Origin: Octopus bimaculoides
Lineage: Eukaryota
Assembly (NCBI RefSeq): GCF_001194135.2
Contig: NC_068989.1
Coordinates: 25,323,295 to 25,387,294, forward strand
Length of the DNA: 64,000 nucleotides
Direction of reading: 5' to 3'
Below are positions 62,663 to 64,000 of the stretch, one piece after another. The notes beneath the pieces were generated by a model that saw only the letters and a list, made by a program, of their open reading frames with translations, made no database searches and was not told the DNA's origin. The stretch's first letter is position 1. Each line of letters opens with the position of its first letter. The position numbers and the translations under genes were made by a program.

Positions 62663-62732
<70 letters not shown>
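62110..62732 (+). mobile_element. ~550-bp (AAT)n-tailed non-coding element, most complete copy
   Basis: gatgcagtaccaggcagtgg...ctctctcactc followed by (AAT)n at 62663-62732. No ORF and no clear Pol III A/B boxes. Confidence 0.82.
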
Positions 62733-62736
<4 letters not shown>

Positions 62737-63709
62737 TGATGATTTGGACAAAGTTTTCATTTCCATTCACGGGCTAACAAGAAGTTTCATTTGTACTGAC
62801 AGTGAGAGCAGGTCAAATGAAGGATGCAGGTATGCATCTACGAACTCGAAAGTGCCATCCTTTCACTCAATGCATATGTACATTTTCTCTGGTTGGAAGT
62901 AACAATTCAGTTAAATTTTGATGACTGCAATGTCGGCAAAAATTGCCGACGCCAATCATCGCTGACAGAGAGGATACCTTCGTCAACAATTGTTTGATCG
63001 TGTCTCAGTTTTCGAAAGAGAATTCTTTAACGCTTGTCTCTCTCAGCTTCGACTAGTCACCGGCTGTTGTACGTGGACGCTGTAAGGTATGTGTTACTGC
63101 TATATACTCTCCAAATACATAACCAGCAGAAGCTCAGTATCGGACAAGGTGGAAACGTTGCTAGATTGTTTCAGCAATCTTTTGGCAGTAAACTTTGTTG
63201 TTGTTTTTAGAGATGTGTCATTCAGAAGCTTCCGCAAGATATTCTTGCAATTTTTTCTTCTCGCTTGACCACTGGTAGCAAAAAGAATTTCAAAATTCTT
63301 TTTGCTACCCTGAGATTTATTAATAATAATAAATATATATATATATATAGGCTCCAAACAAAGACTGCTTCACTTCCCGAGCGTTACACTTATACATCAC
63401 AAAAGGTCACTAAGTACTAAACAGACAAGTCTGATCATACCAATACAAAAGCCATGCCTCCTTGCCTACCCCTCCTTCTCAAACTGTTTTCCTTTACCTT
63501 CTCCCTTGCTTGGCAAACCCCCACATTTGTGCTGCAGCACAATTTTGTCAAAGAACAGGTCGCGATAGTAGACACGAAATTCTATAAAACGCTGAAGAAG
63601 AGATTCGCTACCGATCGTCTGTCACTGAGTACCTGAAGAAGGGCGAAATCAAGTGAACTGCCTTAATTGGAGGATCTGGCAAACGTAGCAGATGGTTCCC
63701 GGGTGTCAA

Positions 63710-63712
<3 letters not shown>

Positions 63713-63757
<45 letters not shown>
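63713..63757. repeat. (TA)n microsatellite
   Basis: Direct reading. Confidence 0.95.
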
Positions 63758-63758
<1 letters not shown>

Positions 63759-64000
63759 AGTGCTTTTATACACCACGAGTCTATATGAGATGTCCTCTCA
63801 AAGTAAATAACACTACATCCACGTTAAGTTGTAGAAAAAGATTGCCTTTGGCTACTAAGACATCTGTCGCTATTAATTACTATGCGTATACATACACACA
63901 GACATCAAACACGCGAACACAACACATACAAAGCACACACATGCAGACAATCAAACAGACACACACATATATGGTAGTTTCTGCATCTGCATCATAGATT

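Noticed and set aside
63400-63700. ctgaagaag..aaacgtag hammerhead/pLTR-like words
   Set aside because: Too degenerate to define stems or a parent element.

Overview
This is an AT-rich eukaryotic window from a draft assembly with 9 N-gaps. It is very rich in microsatellites and carries a repeat set I recognise as typical of a cephalopod mollusc, probably Octopus-like; that taxonomic call is an inference. I find no supportable host protein-coding gene, RNA gene or CRISPR array, and most ORFs in the track are microsatellite read-throughs or transposon remnants. The window is an intergenic or intronic graveyard of mobile elements: five mariner remnants plus one Tc1-like remnant, a probable Chapaev3-type transposase remnant, Penelope-like (GIY-YIG) retroelements with hammerhead-ribozyme-like tails, restriction-like-endonuclease (RLE; R4/Dong-like) non-LTR retrotransposons, Tx1/L1 and RTE fragments, two tRNA-derived SINE families, a candidate solo LTR and a candidate MITE. 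The most interesting structure is three same-strand 'trains' (17.2-21.8, 35.1-40.3 and 60.8-62.7 kb). In these, RLE retrotransposon pieces and a ~550-bp non-coding (AAT)n-tailed element are chained through triplet microsatellites, suggesting a microsatellite-targeting autonomous/non-autonomous pair. All translations were done by hand, and boundaries of degenerate elements are approximate (tens of bp).
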